Positions 27,292 through 37,248 of a stretch of 64,000 nt of DNA are shown piece after piece. A program made the position numbers and the translations under genes. The stretch lies in assembly GCA_963727625.1 (NCBI GenBank), contig CAVSHR010000001.1:1-64000 (forward strand), read 5' to 3'. The stretch is from an uncultured delta proteobacterium (GTDB lineage Bacteria > Desulfobacterota > Binatia > UBA9968). Position 1 is the first letter of the stretch; the number at the start of each line of letters is the position of its first letter. The notes beneath the pieces are model-generated. The model ran no database searches. It was not told where the DNA came from and worked only from the letters and a program-made list of their open reading frames with translations.

Positions 27292-28653
27292 TTATAACTT
27301 TTTCTGCCAAATAAGGTAAGCCGGGATACCGAGGCCGACAATGAAGACTCCGACTAAGGATTCCCAGGGTTTCTCGACGACCGAACCCCAGACGATCCAA
27401 AGATTCGCCGCGATAAACAAAATCGGTACGACTGGATAACCCCAGAGTTTGTAAGGGCGCTTGAGGTCCGGTTTTTTAAAGCGCAGTACGATGACCGAGC
27501 CGATGGTCAACGCAGAGAACAAAGTAATGATAACACTGACATAGGTAAACAACGTGGCGAACGTGCCGGTGAGGATGAGCATGCAGGACCATACCGCCTG
27601 GAGAATGATCGCATTGGTCGGCGTGCCGAAGGTCGGGTGCACCCTGGTCAGCCCCTTAAAAAATAAGCCGTCCTGGGCCATCGCGTAGTAGATGCGTGGG
27701 CCGATCATAGTGACGACGTTGAGAGCGCCGAGAATCGACACGGTGATCATCGCCGTGATCCATGCCGAGGTCTGATGACCGAACAACGCCGTAGTCGCAA
27801 CTTCCGATACTCGAAGCGCGCCCTTCATCTCCGTTACCGGCACACCGTAAATATAAACCAGGTTGATCGCCAAATAGAGCACGATGACGATGGAAACTCC
27901 CCAGAGCAAAGCACGCGGCAGATTTATTTCCGGATCTTTGACCTCGCCGGCGATATAGATCACCGCGTTCCAGCCCGAATAGGCGAAGATCGCCGGAATA
28001 AATGCCGCGGCAAAAACGCTCGAATCGCTGATCTTTTCCCAATCGAAGAACGGTCTGAAATGCGCCGTGTTGCCCTGGCCGACGAAAACGCCCAAAACGA
28101 TAATTCCCAACAGCGAGCCGATCTTCAAAGTCGTCAGCACGTTTTGTGTCAGCGTTCCTTGGCGCACGCCCAGACAATGCAAGCCTGAAATCAGCAGTAC
28201 GATGGCGATCGAAAACCCTGTGCCGAGGGTCGCATGAATCGATAAACCCAAAACACTGAACGAGAAAATTGTCTCTTGTGAGCCGAGCACCGGAAAGAAA
28301 AACGCCATGAAACCGCTGAAGCCCACGGCGAGAAATGCGATCGCGCCGGAAAACGTCACAAGAAACGACGACCAGCCGGACAGAAAACCGGTGAGTTTAC
28401 CGTAGGCTTCGCGAATGTAAACATAATCGCCGCCGGCGAAAGGGAGGCTCGCCGACAACTCGGCGCAGCTCAGCGCCCCGGTCAGCGCCAAGAGCCCGCC
28501 GAGAACCCACACCAGCAGAACTCCCCCGGGCGTGGGTAACGTCTCGGCGATCACCCCGGTGGTGACGAAGATCCCGATGCCGATCATGTCGCCGGAAATC
28601 AGCATCACCGCATCGAACAGGCCAATTTGTCGCTTGAGCTCGTGTTGCGCCAT
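27292..28653 (-). CDS. APC-family amino acid permease
   Basis: MIGIGIF, AELSASLPFAGGDY, FAYSGW, GEVKDP..NLP; about 12 TM segments. Confidence 0.93.
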   Translation of the reverse strand: MAQHELKRQIGLFDAVMLISGDMIGIGIFVTTGVIAETLPTPGGVLLVWVLGGLLALTGALSCAELSASLPFAGGDYVYIREAYGKLTGFLSGWSSFLVTFSGAIAFLAVGFSGFMAFFFPVLGSQETIFSFSVLGLSIHATLGTGFSIAIVLLISGLHCLGVRQGTLTQNVLTTLKIGSLLGIIVLGVFVGQGNTAHFRPFFDWEKISDSSVFAAAFIPAIFAYSGWNAVIYIAGEVKDPEINLPRALLWGVSIVIVLYLAINLVYIYGVPVTEMKGALRVSEVATTALFGHQTSAWITAMITVSILGALNVVTMIGPRIYYAMAQDGLFFKGLTRVHPTFGTPTNAIILQAVWSCMLILTGTFATLFTYVSVIITLFSALTIGSVIVLRFKKPDLKRPYKLWGYPVVPILFIAANLWIVWGSVVEKPWESLVGVFIVGLGIPAYLIWQKKL

Positions 28654-28796
28654 GGCGACTATCCTTAGCAGGGAATTGGCCAGGCAAGCAACTTATTCGC
28701 GCAGCAATCAGCCTTCCGCCCCGCACCGTTGGAACGGCACAGAAATATGTTAGCATTTTGACTGATCAGAACCGGAACAGCGATCGGAGGCGTACT

Positions 28797-29468
28797 GTGC
28801 GTCTAGTTTCCTTAATTCTTGCGTTGATCGTCCTGCCCTCGCCCATTGCGGCTCAAGACGCGGTCACGCGCGACCAGCACCAGATGCATCGGCTGCACAA
28901 CGATCCGATGGCATACATCGGTGCGCTGGAAGACCCCAAGCGCGATCTCTACCAGAAACCGCGCGAAGTTCTAGCCGCTCTGAAGATCAAGCCGGGTGAA
29001 GTCATCGCCGACATCGGCGCCGGCTCGGGCTACTTTACCTTCCGCCTCGCCCAGCATGTCGGCAAGCAAGGGAAAGTTTATGCGGTGGATGTGAGTCCCG
29101 ATATGATCTTGCATCTCAACCGGCGCATCCGCGATTTGAAAGCCGCGAACGTGGTCACGGTGCTCGCCGATCCCGACGACCCGCTGCTTCCGGAAGGTTC
29201 GGTAAATCGCTTTTTTTTCAGCGACTCCTGGCACCATATCGAAAATCAGAGCAAATATCTGGCGTTGATGAAAAAACTCCTCAAGCCCGGCGGCGAGATC
29301 GTCATGATCGATTTTCAAAAGAAAGAACTACCCTTCGGCCCGCCCATGCAGATGAAAATCGCCCGAGAGGACCTAGTCAAGCAGATGGAAAGTAACGGTT
29401 TTCGCCTGACCAAGGAGTATACTTTTCTGCCCTATCAGTATTTCTTGGAGTTTGTCCTAAAAGGCTAG
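28797..29468 (+). CDS. Class I SAM-dependent methyltransferase with signal peptide
   Basis: GTG start after GGAGG. IADIGAGSGYF motif I, VYAVDV, LKPGG. Hydrophobic N-terminus ending IAA-Q. Confidence 0.88.
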   Translation: MRLVSLILALIVLPSPIAAQDAVTRDQHQMHRLHNDPMAYIGALEDPKRDLYQKPREVLAALKIKPGEVIADIGAGSGYFTFRLAQHVGKQGKVYAVDVSPDMILHLNRRIRDLKAANVVTVLADPDDPLLPEGSVNRFFFSDSWHHIENQSKYLALMKKLLKPGGEIVMIDFQKKELPFGPPMQMKIAREDLVKQMESNGFRLTKEYTFLPYQYFLEFVLKG

Positions 29469-29477
29469 GCGCTCCAG

Positions 29478-29830
29478 TGCCCCCGGTAAAATACTTGCTG
29501 GGTAATTTCGTTATCGGCGGCGCCGCCGAAGGGCGCCATTCAAAGCTCGGTTTGAGCCGTTCGAGCTCGAAGTCCATCCGGTCGATGAGGAACGGCACCC
29601 AACTGCTGCCCGCTTCCAGGAACACGACTTTGGTTTTTGGAAACCGTTCCGAGACGCCGCTCAAAACGATGGTGATGCAATGCATCGCGATCGGCAGCGG
29701 GTGGCTGAGCACATGAGCTTCGATATGGCGGCTGAAAACTTCCAGCCCCAAACCCGCTTTTGGCGAGCCATGGATCGCCAAGGCGCAATCCAACTCTTCC
29801 GCGGCGCGGGCAAAATAAAGCGGCGCAACT
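29478..29830 (-). pseudogene. Internal fragment of an amidohydrolase_2 family gene
   Basis: AAEELDCALAIHG...SHP...GVSERFPKTKVVFLEAGSSWVP...DRMD...KLPSKYF. The N-terminal HxH motif and C-terminal Asp motif are missing. Confidence 0.75.
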
Positions 29831-30071
29831 GTTGAAGCAGCACCTTTCGCAATCGAAAAAAATGCAGCGCAAAATAGGATGAGTCCCGCCAACAGGTCGT
29901 CGACCACGGGCTGCTCGACGAAATCAGCCGTCCCGCCACAAACAAGCCGCGTTGACCGTACTGCGCCATGGGTGAATAGTTTGACAGCTATTCTGGATGT
30001 GCACTAATTAGACGTGCACTAAAGGCGGAAATCGAAAAAAAACCGCCTTGCCGCCGAAGGAGTACAGATAG

Positions 30072-31160
30072 ATGAAAGGTTTAGGGAAAATTCTTTTAAC
30101 GCCCCTGGCCCTGTTTGGGTTTTTTTTACAGTCGGGATCGGCACTCGCCGCAGCGCCGGAAGAAATCTGGAAGTCGCTGGAAAAACTGCCGATCGCCGAA
30201 CGTGAAAACAAGCTTATCGAAGGCGCCAAAAACGAAACCGAAATGATCTGGTACACCAATACCGGACTGGCAAACGCCAACCGATACATTCAGGCCTTCG
30301 AGAAGAAGTATCCGTTTATCAATGCTCAGGTATGGCGCTCCAAGACGCGTCAGGTGGTCCAAAGGATCGTTGCCGAGGCTCGCGCCGGACAACACCTAGT
30401 CGACGTGATCAAACCGTCGACCGATCTGGTACCCGTGTTGCTCGAAGCTAAGATCCTCGCCAGCTACGAGACCCCGGTGCGGGCGATTTACCCGAGCCAC
30501 GCCAAGGCGTCCTCTTATACCAACATGAACTACGCCTTTCGTATCTTCTCGTTCGATCCGCGCAAGGTGTCGCGCAAAGATGTCCCCAAAAGTTGGGACG
30601 ATTTACTCGTGCCCCGCTGGAAAAACGAGATCCTATTTGATGAATCCTCCTTGGAAGAAGTCGTCTCGCTGCTCGCGGTATGGGGCAAAGACAAAGCCGT
30701 GAATTATCTTACCCGGTTGAGCCAGCAGCAGCTTTTGATTCGGGTCGGCCGCGATACCACCACGCAAACGATGATGGCCGGAGAAGCGCCTCTCGCGGTG
30801 ACGACCTATGCCTACAACAGCGAGAGTCTGAAAGCGACCGACGCGCCGATCGACTGGGTCGCCGAAGACTTAATCCCCACGCTCATGTACCCGCTGACGC
30901 TGGCGCGCAACGCGCCCCATCCCTACTCGGCCGCTCTGTTCTACGATTTTTTGCTGTCGGAAGAAGGGCAAAAATTGATCGCGAGGGAGGGCCGGGTGGT
31001 CGCCCATCCTAAAGTCGATCCTATCTATCCGCGCATGAAAGAGCTGCGGGGTCTGCTCGGCACTTCCAGAGTTCAGCTGAACACGGTCGAGCAAAGCCAA
31101 AAATTCTACAAAGATGGCCTGCAAATCTTGGACGAGATCATCTTGAAGCGAAAGGGCTAG
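30072..31160 (+). CDS. ABC substrate-binding protein (Fe3+/thiamine/2-AEP-like cluster)
   Basis: Signal peptide, FEKKYPFI, PKSWDDLL.PRWK, APHPYSAALFYDFLLSEEGQ. Orphan, with no adjacent permease. Confidence 0.9.
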   Translation: MKGLGKILLTPLALFGFFLQSGSALAAAPEEIWKSLEKLPIAERENKLIEGAKNETEMIWYTNTGLANANRYIQAFEKKYPFINAQVWRSKTRQVVQRIVAEARAGQHLVDVIKPSTDLVPVLLEAKILASYETPVRAIYPSHAKASSYTNMNYAFRIFSFDPRKVSRKDVPKSWDDLLVPRWKNEILFDESSLEEVVSLLAVWGKDKAVNYLTRLSQQQLLIRVGRDTTTQTMMAGEAPLAVTTYAYNSESLKATDAPIDWVAEDLIPTLMYPLTLARNAPHPYSAALFYDFLLSEEGQKLIAREGRVVAHPKVDPIYPRMKELRGLLGTSRVQLNTVEQSQKFYKDGLQILDEIILKRKG

Positions 31161-31314
31161 CCAGCAAATAGTTCGTGGGCCGGAGGAACTTCGATGTTAG
31201 GCGCTGAAACTTTCGATCATATCGCGATTCCGCCGACAACCATAAGGAGATCTGCGTGCGGCGCAAGGCGCTACCGCCTTCCGCTGGCGTCAGCCATTTC
31301 ATCTTTGGGACCAC

Positions 31315-31612
31315 ACTTTCGGAGAAGTCGCGCAGTTCTATCAAGAGGAAGTCCAAAGCGCCGGTTACGAGCCCGAGGGGGCGCTCATGCACGGCCGCGG
31401 ACTCGGCGAAGACGCGCCAATGCTCTGGGGCGCGCGCCGCGACTTCCCGGAAAAAATATACCAAGCTCAAAGAAGGGCACGTCTTCATCCTGAAGCCGGC
31501 GGCCAAGCAAGGTTTCATGCGCGATTCGATCCGTGCCGGCGACACCGTGGCGATCGAAGCGAACGGCGCCAGAAGGCTCGGCAAACGCGACCTTCAGTTT
31601 AGCAGCGTATAG
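31315..31612 (+). pseudogene. Frameshifted C-terminal remnant of an M24-fold hydrolase
   Basis: One frame gives TFGEVAQFYQ...LMHGRGLGEDAP. After a shift near 31450-31465 the next frame gives KLKEGHVFILKP...AGDTVAIEANGARRLGKR. This matches the C-termini of 31812-33032 and 57367-58563. Confidence 0.8.
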
Positions 31613-31811
31613 CCGATTTTAGGCAGATGCATTGACGTGGCGGATCATTCAGGACTCCGGCACTCCAAGATTTAACGGGTTAGATATCCGACGGCGCGGT
31701 TCGAAAGAGCGCGGAGCCTATAGGAGAGGCAGCGAGAGACCTTTGACGTTTTTTCTGATTCCGGCTTGTCGAACCACTTGAACGTTTTGAACGAATTGAA
31801 CGGAGTCCAAA

Positions 31812-33032
31812 ATGGTTGAACTCTACCCCTACCCGAGATTTTCCCTGGCCGAGCGCGACCGGCGCTGGAAGGCCGTGCGCACGAAAATGGTGGAACAAAA
31901 CATCGATGTCATCGTCGCGCCGCAGAACACCGGTCATTCGATGGATTTTCAAGCCAACACCCGCTACCTCACCCATTGCGGCGGCGGCGGCGATGCCGAT
32001 ATCGCCGCGGTCTTTCCTTTAAACGGCAATGTCACCGCCATCGCCACGACGGCGAATCCGCGTTGGACGACGACTCAGGACTGGACCACCGACGTGCGTG
32101 AAGCCCGCCGAGAGTATGGGAAAATCATCATTGCGCGTTTGAAGGAATTGAAGTTAGAGCACGGCCGCATCGGCATCACCGGCCTCGGCGAAGTGGAAGG
32201 CACGCGCACGCCGGAGGGTACCATTCTGCACGGTACCTGGCAGCGCATCCGCGCTGCCTTCCCCCAGGCGCAGCTGGTTGACGCGACACCGATCTTGACC
32301 GAAGTCCGCTACACCAAGAGCGAGGAAGAGATCACTGTCTTGACAAGATCGATGGAGATCGTCGAACTCGCCTATCAGGCCGAGATCGAAGCAGCCCGGC
32401 CCGGCGTCAGAGACTGGGACGTTTGGGCAGCCACGCAGTACGGTCTGATGCGCAACGGTTCCGAGATGCCGGTGCACTGCAACTGGATTTCCGGCAAGAA
32501 TCCCAAGCGCACGCTTACCCGGCCAAGCATGCGCCTTCTCGAATTCGGCGATTTGATCATCAACGAAGTCGAAGCCTCATGGATCGGCTACCGGGCTCAG
32601 GGCGTGCAGCCGGTGTTCGTCGGAGCAGCCAACCCCGTGCATCAGGAACTGGTCAAAGTGCAGCGCGAGATTTTCAACTGCGTGATGGAAAATTTAAAAC
32701 CGGGAGTGACCGTAAAAGAATTAGCCGAGCTCACCTTGAAAACCGGCGCATTGGCCGCGCCGAAATCCGGCCCGGCCGCGGGCGCCCGCGGCGATTTGAA
32801 CATGCATGGGCGCGGCGCCGGCGACGACGGTCCCATCATCACCGCCCATGCCAAAAGCCCGCGCCAGCTCGCCGTCACCCTGCAAGAAAACATGGTGTTT
32901 ATCTGCAAACCCTCGGCGATCGCCGCCGACGGCGAATCCGTCAGCACCTGGGGCGACACAGTGGTTATTACCAAAAACGGCGGCAAGCGACTCGGCAAGC
33001 GGCCCCATGATCTAGCGGTTTCCGGCGGTTAA
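31812..33032 (+). CDS. M24/creatinase-fold hydrolase with atypical metal-site residues
   Basis: Creatinase-N start (SLAERDRRWKAVR), RYTKSEEEI, GDLIINEVE, MHGRG, FICKP, GDTVVIT. Confidence 0.88.
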   Translation: MVELYPYPRFSLAERDRRWKAVRTKMVEQNIDVIVAPQNTGHSMDFQANTRYLTHCGGGGDADIAAVFPLNGNVTAIATTANPRWTTTQDWTTDVREARREYGKIIIARLKELKLEHGRIGITGLGEVEGTRTPEGTILHGTWQRIRAAFPQAQLVDATPILTEVRYTKSEEEITVLTRSMEIVELAYQAEIEAARPGVRDWDVWAATQYGLMRNGSEMPVHCNWISGKNPKRTLTRPSMRLLEFGDLIINEVEASWIGYRAQGVQPVFVGAANPVHQELVKVQREIFNCVMENLKPGVTVKELAELTLKTGALAAPKSGPAAGARGDLNMHGRGAGDDGPIITAHAKSPRQLAVTLQENMVFICKPSAIAADGESVSTWGDTVVITKNGGKRLGKRPHDLAVSGG

Positions 33033-34538
33033 CTTTCTCCGCAAGTGAAACAGCAGAATCGCGAGGGTCAGGCCGGTCAGTCCCCACGCAAACCAGTCGC
33101 CGAAGCGCACATAGTAAGTCTCACCATTGAGAATCTCGACTTCGCTGTGCATCACCGCCGGCGTGAACAGCGGTAACGATCGAACCAGTTCGCCCTTGGC
33201 GTTAACCAAAGAAGTAACGCCGGTGTTGGTTACCCGCAACAGGCTGCGCCGGGTTTCAACGGCGCGAAATTGCGCCAACCATAAATGCTGCCAAGGCCCC
33301 ACCGAACGGCCGTACCAGGCGTCGTTGGTGAGATTGACCAAGACATTCGCGCGCGCCTCGCTGACAAACTTGCGCGCCAGATCTGGCATCAAGTCCTCAT
33401 AGCAAATCAGCGGCCCAATCCGGACGCCGCGCGACAAATGAAACACCACCGGCCCTGTTCCAGGCGTAAAGCCGTCGGCGAAAGGCATCGCCGGCAGCAA
33501 CTTGAGAATATTCGCGAACGGCAAGTACTCGCCGAAAGCGAGCAGCACCTGCTTGTGGTAATGGGCAAGCAGCCGGCCCTTGGCGTCGGCGAGAAATGCC
33601 GTATTGAAGGCTTTACCGTCGGCGCCGCCGAGCCGGCCGCGAAAACTCTTGGCGCCGAAAATAAAAGAAGTGCGATCCGAGGGCAGCACCGGCATCAGCT
33701 CGGCCGGCAGAACCGCCAGCGCCTCGGGAACGAAGACTTCGATGGACGATTCCGGCCAGACGACCAGGGAGGCGTCGTCGGCCAGTTGCGCCGTGAGCCT
33801 GCGGTGCGTGTCGAGATTTTTTTGCGCCAACGCCGGATTCCATTTCATGTCGATGTCGACGTTGCCCTGCACCGCAGCCACCGAGAGCTTGCGCGCCCCG
33901 GCCATTTCTTCATCCACGGCGGCGAGCCGCTGAACCCCATAAACGATCGAGACGACAACTCCGAACGCCGCATAGGCAAGCGGCAGCCAGGCGAGCGGCC
34001 GTTTCTCGCGCCTGGAACGAAGCCAGCGGTAGAGCGCTGCGTTGACCCAGATAACGATGAAGCTCACACCGTAGGGACCGACAAGATCGGCACTCTGGAC
34101 GACCCATCCGAAAGCAATCTGCGAGTTGGCGACATGCCAGGGAAACAACAGCGGATACAAAAATTCGCAGGGCACCCAAACCACCGCGGGGAAAATAGCG
34201 AGCGGGCCGAAGCCGACGACGCGCAGTAGCAAAACGAAGAACGCCATCTGCAGCGCTTGCAAAGCCGCGTAAGCCAGAAACACCAACACACTCACGCTGT
34301 AGGGAAAGCCGCCGAAGGCGCTGATCGTATAAACCAACCAGTAAAAGCCGATGAGGTGCGCGGCCACGCCCATCGACCAGCCGTAGAACATTGCGCGACG
34401 AGTGGTTACCGCCTGATCGATCGCCCAAAACAACGGCACAAACGCGACCCAGGCGAGCGGAAACAAAGTCGGTGACAAGAACGGCGCCGCCAGCAGGTTC
34501 GCGGACAGTATCGGAAGGAATATGTTGGGCAATTTCAC
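33012..34538 (-). CDS. lnt: Apolipoprotein N-acyltransferase
   Basis: TM N-terminus, VQGN, WPES (Glu), YHKQVLLAFGEY (Lys), ICYE (Cys), TNDAWY, RVTNTG. Confidence 0.95.
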   Translation of the reverse strand: MKLPNIFLPILSANLLAAPFLSPTLFPLAWVAFVPLFWAIDQAVTTRRAMFYGWSMGVAAHLIGFYWLVYTISAFGGFPYSVSVLVFLAYAALQALQMAFFVLLLRVVGFGPLAIFPAVVWVPCEFLYPLLFPWHVANSQIAFGWVVQSADLVGPYGVSFIVIWVNAALYRWLRSRREKRPLAWLPLAYAAFGVVVSIVYGVQRLAAVDEEMAGARKLSVAAVQGNVDIDMKWNPALAQKNLDTHRRLTAQLADDASLVVWPESSIEVFVPEALAVLPAELMPVLPSDRTSFIFGAKSFRGRLGGADGKAFNTAFLADAKGRLLAHYHKQVLLAFGEYLPFANILKLLPAMPFADGFTPGTGPVVFHLSRGVRIGPLICYEDLMPDLARKFVSEARANVLVNLTNDAWYGRSVGPWQHLWLAQFRAVETRRSLLRVTNTGVTSLVNAKGELVRSLPLFTPAVMHSEVEILNGETYYVRFGDWFAWGLTGLTLAILLFHLRRKLTAGNR

Positions 34539-34586
34539 GGGTGAGATTATCGTGAATCGGAGGCCGATCGAAGATACGGGGCGATC

Positions 34587-35159
34587 CTAAAGTGGCTTGA
34601 CTTTAAACTCATACACCAGCTCTAAAAACTGCACAATAATTCTCGCCGTTACGCCCCAGATGTCCCAGCCGTTAACGTAGAAGTGATAACTCGGATGGCC
34701 GCCCGGGGATAAATAATCGTTTATGGTGAAATTGGGCGGCTGCATCAGCGCGGCGATCGGCACCGAGGCCACCGCCGTGGTCTCCGCCGGATCGAGGCGA
34801 AAATCGCAAGCCGCCGGGATCACACCGATCACCGGCGTAACCACCAGACCGTAGCCGGCGGTGAATTCGTCCAAGCGGCCAAGAATCCGCACGCAGCCGG
34901 GATCGATGCCGATCTCTTCCCAGCTTTCGCGCAGCGCAGTTCCGACGACATCGGAGTCGCCCGCGTCGACGCGGCCGCCCGGAAAGGCGATCTGGCCTTT
35001 ATGCGTGCGCAGATGGTCGGCGCGCTTGGTCAGCACTAGATAGTCGCCGTCTTGCCGCTCTTGAATCGGGATTAACACCGCCGCCGGCTTGTGGCCGTGG
35101 CCGCCGAGCGTTTGCGGCGCGCGGCCGTGAAGGGCTTTGACGATTTTTTCTGCGACCAT
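34587..35159 (-). CDS. CoA pyrophosphatase (NudL-like Nudix hydrolase)
   Basis: AAVL, LTKRADHLRTHKGQIAFPGG, Nudix box ALRESWEEIG, IWGVTA. Start MVAEK assumed. Confidence 0.9.
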   Translation of the reverse strand: MVAEKIVKALHGRAPQTLGGHGHKPAAVLIPIQERQDGDYLVLTKRADHLRTHKGQIAFPGGRVDAGDSDVVGTALRESWEEIGIDPGCVRILGRLDEFTAGYGLVVTPVIGVIPAACDFRLDPAETTAVASVPIAALMQPPNFTINDYLSPGGHPSYHFYVNGWDIWGVTARIIVQFLELVYEFKVKPL

Positions 35160-35242
35160 CGCTGAGAAACTTTTTGACCCACCGGCGTTCTGTGATAAAT
35201 ACGATTTTAACTTAGTCATTCACCCGGTAAAAGACTAGCATC

Positions 35243-35899
35243 GTGAAAGACCGCGATATTCATTCGGCCATCAGGATTTTGCGTCGTGAAATGCCCAAAT
35301 GGGACACGCCCATCGTAACTTTGATGGCGGAGACGTACGAGAGTCCCTTCCGCGTGCTGATTTCCTGCATCTTGAGTCTGCGCACGCTGGATTCGACCAC
35401 CGCCAAAGCGTCGCACCGCCTTTTTGCCCGGGCCGATTCGCCGCAAGCCATGCTCAAGCTCACCGCAAAAAAGATCGAGAAGCTGATCTATCCGGTGGGT
35501 TTCTATAAAACCAAAGCAAAAAATATTTTGCAGATCTGTCGCACACTGATCGATCAATACGGCGGCAGAGTTCCCGACGAGATCGACGAGCTATTGACGC
35601 TTCCCGGCGTCGGCCGTAAGACGGCAAATTTAGTGGTCACGCTCGGCTACAACAAGCCAGGCATCTGCGTCGACACCCATGTGCACCGGATTTCCAATCG
35701 CTGGGGCTACCTCACCACCAAAACACCGGAGAAAACCGAGTTTGCCCTCAGAGATAAACTGCCGAAAATATATTGGATCGAATACAACGATTTGCTGGTA
35801 AGCTTCGGCCAGCAGCTGTGCCGTCCGATCTCGCCGGTTTGCAGCCAGTGCCCGGTGAAACGGTACTGCCGGCAGATCGGCGTCACGGTGAGGCGATAA
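35243..35899 (+). CDS. nth: Endonuclease III
   Basis: HhH LPGVGRKTAN, VDTHVHR, [4Fe-4S] motif C-x6-C-x2-C-x5-C. Confidence 0.95.
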   Translation: MKDRDIHSAIRILRREMPKWDTPIVTLMAETYESPFRVLISCILSLRTLDSTTAKASHRLFARADSPQAMLKLTAKKIEKLIYPVGFYKTKAKNILQICRTLIDQYGGRVPDEIDELLTLPGVGRKTANLVVTLGYNKPGICVDTHVHRISNRWGYLTTKTPEKTEFALRDKLPKIYWIEYNDLLVSFGQQLCRPISPVCSQCPVKRYCRQIGVTVRR

Positions 35900-35901
35900 A
35901 T

Positions 35902-37131
35902 ATGGCGCAAAACTTTCCCGTTGGTTATTTCACCCACAACATCGAGCCGGTCGGTTATCATGATTTGAACGGCAAGCCGGCATTCAAGCTGGCGATGCAG
36001 GAAGACAATCATCGCTGGTATCTCTATGTCGCCCATCTCTGGCATCGCGGCTGGAGCGTGCTCGACGTCACCGATCCAACGGCACCGGAGTTTTGTACAT
36101 TTGTACCCGGGCCGGAGAACACCTGGACGATTCAGATCCAGGTCGCCGAAGGCAAGATGATCACCGGCCTCGAGCGCATTGCCCCCGGCTGGGGCGGCGC
36201 CGAGGGCCAACCGTTTGCCGAAGGCTTTTTCATCTTCGATGTGAGCGAACCGACCAAACCGCGGCAGCTCGGCCACTTCAAAACCGGCAGCACAGGGAGC
36301 CATCGAAATTTTTACGACGGCGGCAATTTAGTTCACGCTGCCGCGGGTGCCCCCAGCTTGACCGGGAAAATCTACCGCATCATCGATATCGCCGATCCCG
36401 GCAAGCCGCGCGAAGTCGGCCGCTTTTCCTTGCCGGAGCAGGCCGCGGGCGCGAACATGAACGGTTTAAAATATTCCTGCCACGGTCCGGCCCATATCGA
36501 AGGCGATCGCGCTTATCTCTCCTACGGCGATGGCGGCGGCATCATCCTCGATGTCAGTGATTTTTCACAGCCGAAGATGGTGAGTCAAATTGCCTTTCGC
36601 GGCATCACCGCAACTCAGGGGATCCATACCTATTTGCCGCTGCCGCGCCGTAAGATCGCCTTGATCAACGACGAAGCGATCCGCGAAAACGGCGACGAGA
36701 ACTTGAACATGGCCGGCATTGTCGATATCAGCGACGAAAATCTTCCGCGCATGCTGTCGCTCTTTCCGCTCCCCCAGCCGGCGCCGGAAAGCGAGCTAAA
36801 AAATTTCTACGAGAAGGCCGGCCGCTTCGGGCCGCACAACCATCACCACCCGAACCATCAAGCCTGTCTCGAAGATCGCGACGACATCGCGTATTTGACA
36901 TACTTCAACGCCGGGCTGAGAGTCTACGATATCCGCGACGCGCGCCAACCCAAAGAGATCGCCTATTTCGTGCCCGCGGACCCAACGGTTCGAACCGGCC
37001 TTAAGCCCACTCGATTGGTCGTCCAATCGGAAGACGTAATCGTCGACCGGCGTGGCTACATTTATCTGAGTGATAAGAATCACGGCATACACGTTCTCCG
37101 TCTTCAGCACGTTTGGCCCTACGCGACCTAA
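35902..37131 (+). CDS. LVIVD-repeat beta-propeller protein
   Basis: Repeated VLDVTDP/IFDVSEP/IIDIADP/ILDVSD/IVDISD/VYDIRD. Start MAQNF directly after nth. Confidence 0.85.
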   Translation: MAQNFPVGYFTHNIEPVGYHDLNGKPAFKLAMQEDNHRWYLYVAHLWHRGWSVLDVTDPTAPEFCTFVPGPENTWTIQIQVAEGKMITGLERIAPGWGGAEGQPFAEGFFIFDVSEPTKPRQLGHFKTGSTGSHRNFYDGGNLVHAAAGAPSLTGKIYRIIDIADPGKPREVGRFSLPEQAAGANMNGLKYSCHGPAHIEGDRAYLSYGDGGGIILDVSDFSQPKMVSQIAFRGITATQGIHTYLPLPRRKIALINDEAIRENGDENLNMAGIVDISDENLPRMLSLFPLPQPAPESELKNFYEKAGRFGPHNHHHPNHQACLEDRDDIAYLTYFNAGLRVYDIRDARQPKEIAYFVPADPTVRTGLKPTRLVVQSEDVIVDRRGYIYLSDKNHGIHVLRLQHVWPYAT

Positions 37132-37248
37132 TGCTAAAAAGACTGGAGCCCCCGACGGAAGTCTCATTTTCAGCCGCCCAAAACGACAGCGCCATCCTTG
37201 ACGGTGGCGCTTGGGTGCCGACGGTGTGGGAGGAGCAGGTATTTTTGA

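Noticed and set aside
31440-31470. Programmed frameshift at GAAAAAAT in the M24 remnant
   Set aside because: The N-terminal ~300 codons are absent, so no functional product could be restored.
23812-34229. Long antisense ORFs (e.g. 23812-24663, 25793-26524, 33285-34229; also 53333-54139)
   Set aside because: They are shadows opposite well-supported genes, expected from codon bias, with no motifs.
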